Below, in pieces: positions 24,252 through 38,413 of a DNA stretch of 64,000 nt; positions within the stretch are counted from its first letter, which is position 1; each line of letters starts with the position of its first letter. A program made the position numbers and the translations under genes. Origin of the DNA: Eutreptiella sp. 'Long Island Sound 2002' (Eukaryota > Protista > Euglenida); contig OZ038378.1 of assembly GCA_964036045.1 (NCBI GenBank), forward strand, positions 175,150,001 to 175,214,000. The letters run 5' to 3'. The notes below the pieces were generated by a model. That model was given only the letters and a program-made list of their open reading frames with translations. It did not search any database and had not been told where the DNA came from.

Positions 24252-24705
24252 GAAGTCGGGGGCTACGATACTACCCCTTGGCTCGTGGATGTGAAGGTGT
24301 TCGCAGGCGATGGGACGAGCCTAGACGCGGCCCCGCTGGTGTTTGCCCGCAGCACCATTATCGATGGCACCGCAGTGTTCGAGGGCTTGGCCCTGCGCTA
24401 CCCCAAAGTCGGCCTGTACACGCTCTTTGTCACTGCCGCTGAAGCTTTTGAGGCGAGTAATGGGATGCTTAATGAGACACTCATCACTGGGACTCAAGTG
24501 GAGGTGTTTGTGACGGAGGGGCAGCCGGCGGCACTTTACATCCGCTCGCAGCCATCGGAGGTCACGGACAACACGAGGCCACTCCGCAATCAGCCGGTGC
24601 TGGAGCTGCATGACGCCGCTGGCAACCCTATCCTCCAGCCCACGCTCCCGGACCTCATGGTGCGGGCGCGGCTGAGTCCTGCGGTCAACATCTCGTTTGA
24701 TGCAG
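24252..24705 (+). CDS. Giant membrane protein exon 7, Ig-like region
   Basis: CGCAG acceptor, phase 0; GTAVFEGLAL...GLYTLFV and QPVLELHDAAGN patterns; donor GTGTCA (phase 1). Confidence 0.85.
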
Positions 24706-25189
24706 GTGTCATCAGGGCCCGACGGGCGGCGCAAACCTGTGCAAAATCTGTGCACATCGTGACAAGAAGTTGTGAATCTTGCTCCGCCCCCCCCCCCGGC
24801 CGGAGGCCTCCATTGGTCATGTGCTCCACCATCCCAAGGGATTCCATCGGGTCACAGAGCCATCCCTGTGCCAAGGCTGGAGCTGCTGAGTGGCAACCGA
24901 CGGCAGTTGGAGAGCCATTGCAGTGGTTGGAGATCAACTGAAGGCAACTGATGTCATGCTCCTAGAAAGTCCCAGGAGTCCTTAACAAAATGGAGACCTA
25001 GAGCGTTTGGGAGAGGGGTGTGCATTAGGGCATGTGTATTACTATTACTACACCCCTCTCCCCCTCATATCTAGCCAACAACAACAAGCAACAAGCACAT
25101 CCCGAACCTGTTTGCAAATATGAGAAAAGGGACGTCCCAGCTACAATTTGGTGTATTGGTGCCTGGACATGTGTTCCCACATCCAAAGT

Positions 25190-27100
25190 CTGGCCCTACT
25201 CAATGACGGCGGCCCTGGGCGGAGGCGCCAAGTTGGGAGGTGCCCTGCAGAATCTGCACCGCTTTGGCCCAGGAATGGGCTGCTTTTTGCCCAAAGCAGC
25301 CTTGAAAACTGCTCAAAACGGCCAAACGAAGGAAAACCGATGACATTTGCTGCGACCAAGTGGCTTTGGTTGTGCCAGAGAGCCTTCAACTGGCCCCGAA
25401 CTCCATGATATGCGCGAGAATGGCCAGGAAATGCCCCCAAAAGGCCCACAATCTACATATTTTGGCCCAAAAGAGCCCCGCGCCAAGAATGGGTCATATC
25501 TCGGGCTATGTGTCCCAACAATCAATTTTGGGAGCACCCAGTCTGGTGGCAACGGCTCACTTTTTGTGGTCTCCAGCCCTCAGAATGCTCAAACGGACAC
25601 CTAGACCCATGTACTGGTGCCCACTCGTATTTGCCAAGGCAGCATGCAGAGCCCAGACCAGTTTGAGCCAAAATGGGTCCACAGGGTCCCCAGGAGCTCA
25701 GAAATGACTTTTTCCTAAGTTGGTCCCATACCACTTGGGATGCCCAGACAACTGTGTGTCTTTAGCTTTCGAGCCTGTGGTGAGCTGTTTTGGCCCTCCG
25801 TGTTGGCCATCCAAAAGTCTCAAAAGCCTTGAAAATTGGCTGTGTTGGGGGCCAAAATAGGGTCAAAAGGGTATTCACAATGCTTTTTTCAAAAGTGATC
25901 GTGCACCACTTGGGATGCCCAAACAAGCCATTTGAGCCTGTTTTGGCGCCCACAAAGTCTCAAAAAAGGTTGAAAATGGGCCATCTTGGGGGTCAAAAAC
26001 GCGTTTTCCCGAAAGCATTCACGCACTTTCTGGGAAACAGGTGATTTCAGCGTGTTTGAGCCCGTTTTGAACATGTCTTGGCCCTCGAAAATCTCAGAAA
26101 GCCTTGAATATCTCTTGGGGACATTCATGATGTGCCAACGCGTAGGTGGTCACATTTTTGAGCACAGAGCTGGAACTTGGCTGATGCACGGGCCAGAGAA
26201 ATTGGGTTTTGCAGATTTGCCGACGCACCCCATAGTACAGGACAAAATAAGTTGATTGATGCCCCCTCTTTCTGGTGTACTAGCGCCACTGTGCATGCTG
26301 GATATTTTTCTCCAAATCAACGTCAATGCATTCGGCCAGAAACTCCTGCTGTGAAGCCTTTGTGGGGTATACTTTATGATCCCAAAATTGAGTTGCAAAA
26401 GAAGCAGCCTCTGCAGTGGTCAAAATCTGGTGTTCCTTGTGGGTGCATGCAGGTTGCTGCAAACTGGCTGTCCGGCTTTTTTTTGCCTGGCTGCCAGGCC
26501 AGTGCCGAGTCACCTTCATCCACTCTGCAGCCCCAGAGCGAGCCCTTTTCCGCACCAAAGGCTTTTATGGTGCATCTGGGGAAGCAACAGCCCGTGGAGT
26601 GAATTTGTATGCGGATGTGGTAGCTGCCTGTTGACAAAAAGAGGCAGGAAGCAACACAGGCATCGTCCAAAACGGACGAAAATCTCAAACATATCGTCAG
26701 TCCAGCATGCAGACCTGGGTGTTCCAAATAGCCCTTTTCAAGGGCTTTCTGAATATACCCCACATACCCCCACCTTCGGAACACCCTGTTGGCAGAAATC
26801 AGGCAACAATGGCACCAACCCCTGAAAACCCACCGAGTTGGCACAATAAGCGACGTCCCCGAGAGATATGGGCTTTTTGCAACCTAAACCCAGGTCAAAA
26901 AGGGGACAAAATTTTTTTCCAAAAGTGAACCCCGGACCTTGGGATGCTCATACAAAAAAGTGTTTTCGGCCCATGGTGACCCATCTTGCCCATAGAAAAG
27001 TCCCAAGAAGCATTGGCAAAGAGACGACCCGCTTGGAAAGAGAACACCTGGACGAGCGTTCGGGCGAGTGGTATGGATTGGAGGAAGTATGGGCGTTTGT
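25190..27100. repeat. Dispersed repeat family rich in GGCCCAAAA/TTTTGGG and CCCAAGTGGT motifs
   Basis: Related tracts at about 51200-51790 and 54200-55200; boundaries approximate. Confidence 0.65.
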
Positions 27101-27410
27101 GTGTGTGGGGGGGGGGGGGGGGCTAATTGATCCATGAAACGGGTTTTCAACTTTTCGGCCGAATTGCTCAAAATTGCTGTTGCCTAAGGGGGGGGGGGGG
27201 TATGTTGTATCTTTTTGAAACCTCCAAGAAAAGGGCTATTTGGAAAGGTATGGGGGTAACAAGGCCGTTTTGAGTGCAGGGGGTGAACTTTTGAACTCTT
27301 CAACATTGAGGCCTGCTGCCGGTCATGCTGCATAGGGTGCGTAGGCTGCACCCCTCTTCACTCACACACCACACCGCACACACGCACACACACACATCCA
27401 TTGTACACAG

Positions 27411-27756
27411 TGTTTCTGCAGAGCGAGGGCAACTTCAAGTTCTCGGACGTATTTATCATCGCGGAGTATGGCACGGCTTATCATTTGAACTTCGATGTCG
27501 TGTGGTATCCGGGGTATCCTGACATTGAAGGTGCAGCGTCGCATTTCATTGAGGCCAACCCCTGCGGCCAGTCCGAGTTCTTTCAGTCCGGTGACGTCTC
27601 GTGCCGCACCTGCGTCCCTGGGGCCGTCTGCAACGGCACCAACGTCATTGTGACTAAGCCGAACTTCTGGAGAGCCTCAAACCAAACCCTCGACTTCTTC
27701 GAATGCAAGACGCCGGTCGGCGCCAGCCCGTGCGAAGGCAATGCCACTGTGCACAG
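27411..27756 (+). CDS. Giant membrane protein exon 8, Cys-rich module
   Basis: CACAG acceptor, phase 1; CRTCVPGAVCNG...NFWR...FFEC; donor GTGCAA (phase 2). Confidence 0.87.
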
Positions 27757-29873
27757 GTGCAATGCCATCGGGCCTCCCATGGGACCTATTTACTCCCCCC
27801 GCCCTGTCCCCGGCTGAACCCTCGCTGAAGGGTGACCCTTTGTGCAGCACCCGGATGTGTTGTGGTGTCGACACACGCCCCCCCACCCCCAACTGCTCTT
27901 ATGCGCTCTCCTCACTTGCCCCTACCCTTAACCGCCCGGCATGCAACGAGCTGAGTTCCGGTGCAAAGACTCTAACGGGACTGAGCACCTGCAGTTCAGT
28001 AGCGCTATTGCCCTGGTGTAGCACCGCTCTGTGATTTGAATGTGTTTTGCCCCCCCCCCCTCCTTCCACACACGCTGCTCCCGCTGCTCTCTCGCATGTT
28101 CTGCTCAGGTGCCCCCCGCATGGGGAGGGGTCCCCCACCGCCGGTATGGGGTGTCTGCCTGGATGCACCCGGCCAATGGCAAGGGCCGCTGCCCTCCTCC
28201 GTGTGGACCTGGCACAGAGCAGTGGCACAGGGACAGTCTGGGGGCTTTGTTGGCACAACCAACCAAGGGACGGGAAGGGTGTGCAGGGAGAATAGGACAG
28301 GCCCGACCGGTAGATCAAGGGCCCTGGGTGGTGTGAGGCCAATGGGCACCGCTGCCTGAGGAGGGAAAGGGTTCAAGGAAAGGACAAAGGCAAGTGGCGA
28401 GAGGCCAATAAGCGCCGCCAGCTTCAGACAGCAATCCACGCACGCATCATGCCAAACCTCCCCCCCCAGGGAAGTAACGGAATGGCTGTACACCACAGGA
28501 GGGGGTGTTAACCCCCCTGGACCCCCCCCCCCCCGCAGACCATGCGGTCTAGTAAAGCACGCACATCACAAACACCCTTCACACACCCTGCTGTATGTTG
28601 TGTGGCCACTAACTCCCAATAAATCTTGTACCCACTAGGCCCATAGGCCCAAGGACCAACCACAAGCAAGGACAGCATGGCCAAATGGGGCCAGCGCAAG
28701 CGAATGCCGTCCCGCTGATGACCTCTGACCAGAATGTACGCCCCCCACCCGGTAGAGGTACAGCCCGATAAGCCAATCGGCCAGGCACAGACGGCGTGAG
28801 CCTCGCCGAATGTTTGTACCCCCACAGGCATGACAGGCAACAGCTGACCTGGTACAGTGGAGGAGGGAAGAAGGGTCCTTGCCCCTGACCCCAGCCATTG
28901 AATTTTCCGAAAGCTATGGTCACTTTGGTCTGGGGCTAGAATGGGTCAGGTCTGCTTCACCGCAATTAGCTCCAATAGCGCCTGCCACCACGGTCTTCAT
29001 TGCTTCCAGTTCCAGTGTTCCAGATCGTTCTCTGTGTTCGTGGGAAAAAACGAATTTACCGTTGGGAAAATCTTGTCGGGACATTTTTGGTGCACAATTT
29101 TTTGGGTCCCAGACCCCCCCCCCTCCTCTCTTCTAATACGAGCAGGGCGGCTTCGAGCTGGGCAGGATCCAGGTGCCTCCCCACCCCTCCGCGAACAGGG
29201 GCAGCAGGGTGCTGCAGGGCAGGATCTGGGGCAGCAGGGTGCTGCAAGGCGTGCTGTGCGGCAGGCACAGGGGCAGCCAGAGGCTGCTGCTCCGGGTCAG
29301 GGGTGTCAGGGACAGGGCCAGGGTCAGGGACAGGGTGGTCCCCCGTTCCCCCCGGCGCGGCGCTGCCCCCCCCTCCCTCCGTGGGCGGGCAGGGTAGGCA
29401 CAGGTGCGCAGCAATGCGACAAGGGGGGGCAGGGCAGCACGTGGGGCAGACCGTCAGTGGCGCCCCTCGCAGCACAGGGGCACGGCAGCCCGTCTGCCGG
29501 CCCGCCGGAGGGGGGCTTTTGAGCCTGGGCTTCACTCGGCAGGTGCAGCCATCGGGAGGGGGGGGCACCCAACCCCCCACAGCCGCACCTGCGGGGAGCG
29601 CACGGCCCGAGATCTGGGCAGGGTCGCTCTTCGGAGGATCCCAGTAGGATGGGGGCCCAGGTCCTTCCGTCGCGCCGCGATACGCTGGGGGGGGGGCAGG
29701 GGGGATAAGGGCCTTATATATCTGTATACAACTGTATATAGATGAGCTCTCGACCAATAACCCCCTAATCCCCTCAATTGCACTAGCGTCCAGGACTTGA
29801 AAAGGCAGATGCCTCCTCTCTTCTAATACATCCCCCCCCCCCCCACCACCACCACATTCCATGCTCTTCTCAG

Positions 29874-30206
29874 TTGCAAGCCTCATTACGAGGGGCCCAT
29901 GTGCTCCCTTTGTGAGAGCGGGTACACGGGCCCCCAGTGCAGCGCCTGCCCCGAGAAGGTCCTCACTTACGTGGAGATCCTTGCCTTCGTCCTGCTGTAC
30001 GTGGGGACCATCACGTTTACGATGTTCCAGGCGTTGAGGAAGGATCAGGGGACGAAGGTCAACCCCCTGACGGTGGGCTTCAAGATGATGGTCACGTACC
30101 TGCAGACCCTGGGGCAGTTGGCCCCCCTGTTCCCCGGCATCCCCGCCACCATCATGAAGGGTTACGACATCGTGGGCAACGTCTACATTCCGGCGGACGC
30201 CGTGCG
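29874..30206 (+). CDS. Giant membrane protein exon 9, Cys-rich end plus first TM helices
   Basis: CTCAG acceptor, phase 2; CKPHYEGPMCSLCESGY then hydrophobic helix and KMMVTYLQTL; donor GTGTGT (phase 2). Confidence 0.88.
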
Positions 30207-30963
30207 GTGTGTGAAACGCACGTGGGATGGGTACCCCCGATGCCCGGAGGCCGCCATGAGGCCACGAGGGGACACGGAATGGCACTTGGGGACGGTTTGT
30301 GCAGCGGTTGACGAAGGGCTGTTGAGGGGCTCTGGATGAGGGCTGTCTCTAACCAACGGCGTCTTTTTTTCGCTAAGGGAAGCCCCGAAGAACAGTCCTC
30401 TGGGGCGATGGTTAGAGCAAACCATACACAATTTTGAGCAGTGTCCGGCAAAGGGGGGCTTGTGACCCAGCGAGCTTGGCTGGTTTTCCGGCGGAGGGCG
30501 CTTGTTGCCGAGGGAGGCGGGTGAGGGGCGCTTGTTGTTTGGTGAGGGGCACTTGTTAACTGAGGAGTGGCGCTTGTTACCGACGAGCGGTGCTTGTTGT
30601 ACAATCCATACACCGCCTACAAACAGGCTATACACAACCACTCCACATCCACGACCCCTGGACAACTTACACAGCACCCTGCCCCTTGCACGACCCCAGC
30701 CTCTCCACAAGTGTACAGCAGTGATTTTTTTTTTTGAGTTCTTTAAAGACAGCCCTGCTGTGGATGGCCTGTGGAGGGGCTGTGCGGGGGGTCATGCAAG
30801 GACTGCAGAGGGAACGGCTGTCGAAGGGCCGTGCGGGGGGTTGCGGAATTTTGGAGGGTAGCGAGATTCCAGGGGCCATGTAAGAGCTGCGGAAGGGCCT
30901 GATGGGGCTGTGAGTGAAGGGAAGGGTTGTCGTGGGGCTGTGGAGGTGGGGGGGGGGTTAAGG

Positions 30964-31262
30964 GCCTGAGGACGGAGGTGTGTGGACAGTAAAAACAGTC
31001 AAATGACCCCTGCAGCAACCAGCACAACCCCAATACACTAACTACTGGGCGCCGCTGACGCGCAAACGGCACACCCTGCCACATCCAGCACAGCCCCAGC
31101 ACACCAACCACTGGGCTCCGCGAACGTGGAAACGACACCAGCAGGAGCCCCGGCCGCAGCGGCCGACAGAAAGCAGCGACCCGACGCAACATGCGAAGGG
31201 AAGAACGGGTGACTGTCCAGGGCCCCGTAAAGAAACAACAACCAGACGGAATGTCACACAGG
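30964..31262. repeat. About 300-bp dispersed repeat family, copy 2
   Basis: Direct sequence match to 3180-3480. Confidence 0.9.
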
Positions 31263-32198
31263 GGGGGGGGGTAGAGGGGGTCAAGGGACTTTGTAAACGC
31301 TTCCAAGGGATTGTAGATATGGGGCGGGCGGCAGGCGCGGGCTGTGGGGGGGGGATGGGGGCTGTGAAGCGGATGTAGACGGAGCAGCGGTGGGGGACTG
31401 TGGAAGACTGTGGAAGAGTCATGGAGGAGCTTGGACAAGGTTTGGAAGGCCTGGAGGGTGGTGGGGCTTGGGCCGGGGGGGTGGGGGGATTGGCTGTGGA
31501 GGGCTGTGAAATGGGCTCTGGAAGACGCTGTAGACAGGAGGCCCAATAGATACGCACACCGACACGGGGAAGGCGTTACACACAACAGCAATTCATCCGG
31601 TATTGCATCCATGTGTCACCGGTAGAGAGAGGACATACGAACCTGCACTGCAGTCAGCGCTAGCCACCGGCGGTTGGCAGTCATTTCGGAGCAACGGACA
31701 GCGGTGCGGCAATGCTTGTGCTTACTGCCCCAGCAGCGCGCCGCAGGCGGAGGATGACTGTCAGTAACACCGGGTAGCGGAGGGTACTTCCAAGAAGCGC
31801 ACGGTGGTCGTCGGGGGGTCAGTCGGGAGGTCCGATTTTTGGCGTTGACCACTGAGCGACCGGCGGGAGTTGGTGTTGGGTGGCGGGGCTGCCCGGTCCT
31901 TCGGAGTTCGCACACGACGTTCCGACCCACTCCGCGTGTCACTTGAGTGGGGCTGGCCGGACTCGATGCCAGACGTGCTGGTGTCGGGAACTACGACCGC
32001 TGAGCTTCGGGAGCCCCCTCGGCGCGGGACGGTCCAGTGCCGGCGGTTGGCGGTGACGCGCTGCAAACGGGTCCCATCGGTTGAGGACGGGCGACCACCG
32101 TCCCACTCTTCGGATGTGCCACAACCCGCCGCCGAGTGCCACAAATTGGGTGTGCAACTGCCGCCACCCGCTCTATGGCCGCGCCATGCCCCGTGCAG

Positions 32199-32460
32199 GT
32201 GCCTGGGGGACCGCCCCGTGTACTACATCTTCTACGGGATGATGATCCTGCCGACCGTGGCCATCATCTACGCCCTGGGCCTCATCAAGTACTCACAGAC
32301 ACTGTGCTGGAGGCCTGTCGAGGCCCTCGTTCAGATGCACCACGCGCAACGGATGCGGGCGCAGCAGGGGCTGATCACGCGGGGGCGGCGGGCGTGGCAG
32401 ATCCTGATCTTGTGCGTGTCCACCATCTTGTACCTCCTGTACACTACGCTCATGAAACAG
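32199..32460 (+). CDS. Giant membrane protein exon 10, TM helices
   Basis: TGCAG acceptor, phase 2 join DAVR-CLGD; two hydrophobic helices; donor GTCCGT. Confidence 0.87.
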
Positions 32461-34039
32461 GTCCGTTCTGGTCTTGCCTCGGGCCCCGTTTGGTCACGGG
32501 GGTTAGGGTGGGCAACGTGCCTATTCCCCAGCCCCGTCCCTTCCCATGGCCCCGATAGTACAGCAGTCAATGTGTTTGTCGTGTGTGTAGCAACCGGAGG
32601 TTTGATTCCCGAGGAGGGAGCACAGGTTGTACCACAGTGAGCCCGTGACAGACGCTTGGACTCTGGGCAAGAAAGGAGGGAGATCACGGGTAATGAGTAT
32701 TATACGGCGCCTGTACACGCTCAGGTCCACCAAAAAGTACCACTATCCCCTGTCTCCCGCACAGGCAACTGCAGTGCAGTGCAGCGAAATGAAGTTTCAG
32801 TGGATCAAGTTCTTGATGTTCTTGATCCAAGACCTCTGGACCGACCTCTTACAGCCAGAACAGGACCATTCATTCTGATACCCAAATTCTGCACCCACAG
32901 GCTCTTACCCCATTCATTTATGGGGAAACGCACAACCAGCGCCCGCATGATTCCAAGGAGCTAGGTCGTGCATTGTGCGTTGAATGCGGCTGTTTCTTAC
33001 TGGGTTCTAGTGTGACAGCAGCAGGTATTGCTACGGGGCAAATTGCACAAGGCTGATTCTTCGAAACTGATTGGCCCTGCCGCACACTGGTGGCACGTCT
33101 GCTTTGGGGGTCCAAGATGCATACCCCCGCCCCCAAGTCCTGCTAACGTGTTGTCGGCGGTTGGAAGAATCATGGTGTCATGAATTGTTTACTCAAACGA
33201 CGATTTTTGCTGCCATGGTATTGAAGGCACCCGCACCCTTTACGTAAACACTCACCTCTCCCATACTTTGTTCCACGAAAGGGGAACAATTTAAGGCCTG
33301 AGTGTTGTAGCCCTTGGGGTTGGGGGCTGAGGTTGTGATTGTTGCGAGTGAGTTCCAATTTACGTGGCAAGGACACAGTTAGTGTACAGTTTATTGGTAG
33401 TGTTTACTGTTGTAGTGCTATTGGTGGCACTCCACTGAAGAAGAAGTTACAGCAGTTCTTCAATTTTTGTGAGTCTCCTTTGACCCGATGTACTATTGGC
33501 ACCCGCCAACCGTTGTCAGCGCGATCATATTCTTCACCAACAAAAGGGTCCTGAATGCCTCGGCTGATTTCTATTTCTCCGTCAGCCCCTGCCGCTGTGC
33601 AGTCGGACGAGACGTGGCCCAGCATCATGCGTCTTGTGCAACTCGTGAAACATTGAGCATGATTTCTGACCTGAATGAATCGAGATATCCAAAGTGCACT
33701 GCCACGGCAAATGTGCGTTATGCGCTGCAGAATGCACATGCTGTGCAGTGTGCACTGTGCAGAATGCATTAGTGTGCCGAGGGTTGAGTGTGTGACACTA
33801 TGCGCGTTGAGTATGCCCTACGTCCTGTTACACAGTCTTGCGCAGAATCCCGAAAATGTATCCGCTGCTGCATCGTCTGTTTAAAGGACAGTTGGCAGTA
33901 GTGTGTGTGGAGCACCCCCTTGGGTGCTCCAGCCACGCCCACGCCTGCCTCGGCGTATGGCCTCCGCATGTTTTCCAGCCTCTCGTAGCCTTTGCATTCG
34001 CTGTCTGCCGTGCCCCCCGGCCTGTTTCGCGCCACACAG

Positions 34040-34258
34040 ATTGTCAACCTGAATAATTGCGACGACTTCGTGTACGAAGAGGCCGGCGAGCGCCGCACGA
34101 TCTCGCGCTTGGCGTCTGACTACTCCGTGGACTGCAACGGCGACGAGTACGCCGTGCAGCAGGGCGCGTCCATCGCCTTCCTCTTGGTCTACGGCCTTGG
34201 CGTGCCTGCGACCATTATCCTCGTCGGCCTGTTCATTCGGTGCACGCGCGGCAAAGAG
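34040..34258 (+). CDS. Giant membrane protein exon 11
   Basis: CACAG acceptor; C...RLASDYSVDC...FLLVYGLGVP pattern typical of this TM domain; donor GTCCCG. Confidence 0.87.
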
Positions 34259-35098
34259 GTCCCGGGATGTGTGCACGGCGTCGGGGCGTATCATGTCGCA
34301 CCGCATCGCATCGTGGCATTGCGTCTGATCCCCCGTATCTAACTCCCACTGCCACTCGACACGACACGGCACGACACGCGGCACACACAAGTGCCCTTCG
34401 CCTCGATCTCGCTGCGCCACACCCCCTTGATGAGCTAAGGGCCCAGGGTCGTTTTTGGCTTCGTTTGTTGAATAAAGCCCAGGAGCCCCCGCTTGCGTGT
34501 TGGCGGTTCACCACCGGCGGTTGGCGTGCATCGAATGCGCAGGGACCTTTAGTCTTGGGGCGTGGACAGGAAGGAGGGGCAGACAAGGGATGGACCCGAG
34601 GCCAGGGATGGCCCGTGAAGTCCCAGACGATTTGCCACTGTGTGACTGTGTGACAGGGCGCCTGCTTTCGGTACGAAACCAGCCCCACCTGTCCGATGTC
34701 CGGGATGATGGCTGTGCAACCCCCGAGGGAAGATGGTGCATTCCTTCAGGAGCGAGTCTCCCTCAAGGCACCTGGTCGCTGTTGGTAGTTCTCTGACAGC
34801 CCTTTATGATCAAATGGCAATTTTCGTGTGTCTGCTCTGTGGCACCGGAAGTTGTTTTTTTCCCCTTCGGGCCCTCCGAAACGGAGGTGTGCGGATTTGG
34901 CCTCCTCCGTGTTAGAGTCGGAGATGTGGCTCCTCCAGTTACATTTCTCGGATTCGCAAATTCGAGGTAAGAAATGGGCGCTTTGGGGCCCCCATGGCCC
35001 TTTGTTGTAAACAGATGATTATCACGCCTGTCGCCCGCGCGCACGGCACACACCCCCTCAGGGGAAGTCCCGCGAACTGATCGCGTATTGCACTCCAG

Positions 35099-35440
35099 GT
35101 CGAGTACCACACATTTGCGTTCCTGTTTGTGGGGTACAAGCCGCGCTACAAGTACTGGGAGGTGTTGAATATGCTCCGCAAGTTCAGCGTCATCGTCATC
35201 GTGACATTCATCCGCCACACGGCGCTCCGCGTGTACGTCGCGATGTGGACCCTGGCGGGCTTCCTGCTGCTGATCATGTTCGCGGAGCCTTTCGTGCTCA
35301 AATACATGAATCGGATGGAGGCCCTGGGGCTGGCGATTATGGTCACGTCCCTGAACGCCGCGATGCTGTGGCATGCGGAGATTTTCAGGCCGTATTCGCC
35401 CGAGGATTACGTCATGTCCGTTAGTGTCATCGTGCTGCAG
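35099..35440 (+). CDS. Giant membrane protein exon 12, TRP/FLC-like TM domain (FLFVGYK..YKYWEVLNMLRK)
   Basis: TCCAG acceptor; YWE..RK motif followed by three hydrophobic helices; donor GTCGTG. Confidence 0.9.
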
Positions 35441-37665
35441 GTCGTGCTCGTTCTTCTGCCGCGAGGTCCCCCTGCCGTGAGAATTCGCCTTCCATTTCCG
35501 CCATGGTTGGTTCTGAGCACTGGCAGCTCCACGGAAGTGGCGGGGCGGGGGACCGGGAGCCACGGCTTGCAACGTGCGGGGGCGTCACAAATTTGGCGCA
35601 TTTCGTTGGTGTCAAATGTCATCAAACTAAGTTTCGCCCCCTCCAACACAACCCCTGCCCTGGTACGTGGACCGATTCAGCATTTTCCTCTGGGTAACAT
35701 AATGGGCCACTCAAGTTTTTCTTTGCTCCGAAAGAATCTTTGGCTGCAATTTTGGCCATTTTGGTACCCTCGGTGCCGCAGTTCTTGATGGCTATGCATC
35801 GGCCCCGACCTCAAAGCCCGTCAGGAAGTCGCAGTGCATTTCATTTCCCCTCTGCAATGACAGGTCCAATTACAGGTCAATGTTTGGCCTTCACACGTTC
35901 CCAGGAACATGGCATACGTGGTCTGCCTTCAGACAGCCCAAGGTAGATGGCATCATGTCAGGATATGACAGCAACCATCCACAAGCTCAAGAACCCAGAA
36001 ATAATGGCACGCATCTACAGAAGCCGCCTGGAAATGACAGCAGGTATTCGGAAACCTCAAGAAAATGACCTCGGGCATCCCGAAGCCTCCAGGAAATAAC
36101 AGCAACCAGTCAGGGTCCATGCCTGTTGTGCCACCGGTTGGAAATTTGTGCCAAAAATCTCCTTTGGTACAAAGCAGTTTGTCCCCTGCCCGCAATTTTG
36201 CGTGGCCAAGTTTTTCCACACACCAAATCCCCTGCTCTCCCAGCACCGAGTTTTTTCAGTCCGAAAAAAACGCATCAGAAACGCGAGGAATAGATAGACA
36301 AACGAAAGACGCCAGGGGGTCGAATATCAAATCATACAGGTGATACCTGGTCAAGTGCGCTGACGTGTTTACACTGAGGTGCCGTCAACCCACGCAGAAT
36401 TCCCCGGGCAGTGCGTAGTGCCCCTTCGACAGATGGAGAAGGTTGCAGGCGCCTGTTCAACGATTGAAGCATTAAAATGACACCGATTCATTGCAGGCAT
36501 CCCGCAAACGCGAGTTGTGTACCCGAGTATGTTGTATGCCATTGATTCTGGTTTGTAAGGTTTTTTGAATCATGCAGCCAGCAAAGACGAACAGTATGAA
36601 AAGGAGCAGCTAAGCCTACGGCTGCTACACCACGCCGGTTGTGTCTACCACCTTGCCCGTTTCGTCTCTGTGACTAGCACTCTGTAAGCAGCTGCACACT
36701 GTCATTTGACGCTGACACAGAGCCGCTCTGGTAACAAAACAACCTGTATTATGTGTTGCATTGGTTAAGTGTTTTATCTGAGTGATCCATGCAGGTACGA
36801 TATCACTCCGGGTATTGTCGAAAGTCCAGCACAACAACAAGGTCTACCGGTCAATCGCATCAGAGTTGGTGCCAATTAGTTGCTCCTTTGCTATGGATTC
36901 GGGACATACAGCCACCCGATTTGTCGCCGGGGTGCATCAAAAGTAACGGGGAGGGTGTGGATGGCAGGCCGGTGGCTCTGCTCTGTCTCGAGCAGAGGGC
37001 CCACCAGGTCACCATCACAACGCTCTCCTTGTTGTTTGCGCCCCCGGAGGGTGAGCTGGGGGGCAGAGCCCAGAGGACCCCTCGGGGCGATTTTTTACTG
37101 CAAGAGCCCCGGAAAATCATTGTGAGGCGGAGCACACGAGGCTCCGGTTTGTCCTTGCATTTCTTCGCAGCGCAGGAAGCGGCTGGCAAGGGTGGGGTCA
37201 CAGTCCTCCGCCCCCTCCTCCCGCCGGTCCGTGATTTGGTGCAAAATCGGTTTTTCGGGGCTGGTGGTCAACGCTGAAGTTTTAGGCCCTGCCCTCAGAG
37301 GTCCCTGAAGTAAAGGGGCCGAGTCCCCCCCCCCCACTTCGCACATGGATTGGTGCCTGTGCCCTGTGTGTGTACCAAGTTCCTCCCGAGGCTCTTGTGG
37401 GTTGCCCCATCTCCCCTCAAGACCCGCCCAGTCAGCGTCAGTCCGCACCGGCATGCGCCCAATACGCGCTGGTACGCGCCCACTACGCGTTGGTAATGTA
37501 TGTGTGTCTGGTACTGAGACCCTCGGAGGGAGTGGAAAAGGGCGTTCTGTTTGCCCTTTCCAAGGCCAGTCATCCTAGCGCTTTCGTTGTAACCGTGCAA
37601 CCGACGAATGAAGTGGAATGGCTCATGCATCCGGGTGCACCACCGCCTTCCTGTGTTTTGTGCAG

Positions 37666-37790
37666 ATTGCACAGCTGGTGCTGTTCGTGATCGTGCTGGG
37701 CCGTGCTGCGCTGCTGCGGGTCCGACGATTGATCCGCACATTCAAGCAGAAGCGCGCGCGTTCCAAAGATGCGCATCAGTTGGGCAAGAG
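37666..37790 (+). CDS. Giant membrane protein exon 13, last TM helix and basic stop-transfer segment
   Basis: TGCAG acceptor, phase 0; IAQLVLFVIVLGRAALLRVRR; donor GTGCCT (phase 2). Confidence 0.85.
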
Positions 37791-38413
37791 GTGCCTCTTT
37801 GAACCCCCCCCCCCATGTCCCATGCAGTCCCCTCCATCTCTACGCACTCCCGGCCTCTCAAATTTTTGGGGGGGGGGGGGGGCGGTGATTGACAGCCCGC
37901 CTCAAACACTGGGGGGAGGTCTCAATCGGCAAGGCTATTAACCAGTCACTCAAAACTCCGGCGCCGAAAGTGGCAGAGCCGAGGGGCTGCGAAACCGTTG
38001 GATGCAACTCGTCCCCTGCAACAATTGGCGTACAACTGCTGTTGAGCTCAAGGGGACACTTGCACAGGGGGCACTTTTGCAGGCGGCCCTTGTGCGCACG
38101 GGCCACACTTGGGCAGCTTAGATCCTGCGGCTTCGATGGAATTGTGAATCTGTCGTTTTTCCGATGCGTTGCTGCTGCCGTCTTGTGTACATTTGACTGC
38201 ACACCGCGCACCACTTGCGCTCCACTGTGCATCACAAACTTGATGAAATATTTTCCAGAAAATCTGGCAGTGTAGCCTGGGCCTCGGTCTGGTGGGGGTG
38301 AAGCGAAAAAGATCTCCTTGAGCTCCCACTGATCGGTCAGTCCCTGCCCGTGCGCACGACAAACACGAAGTGGACAGGAATGAATTCAAATAGAATCAGC
38401 TGAGTGTGCTCAA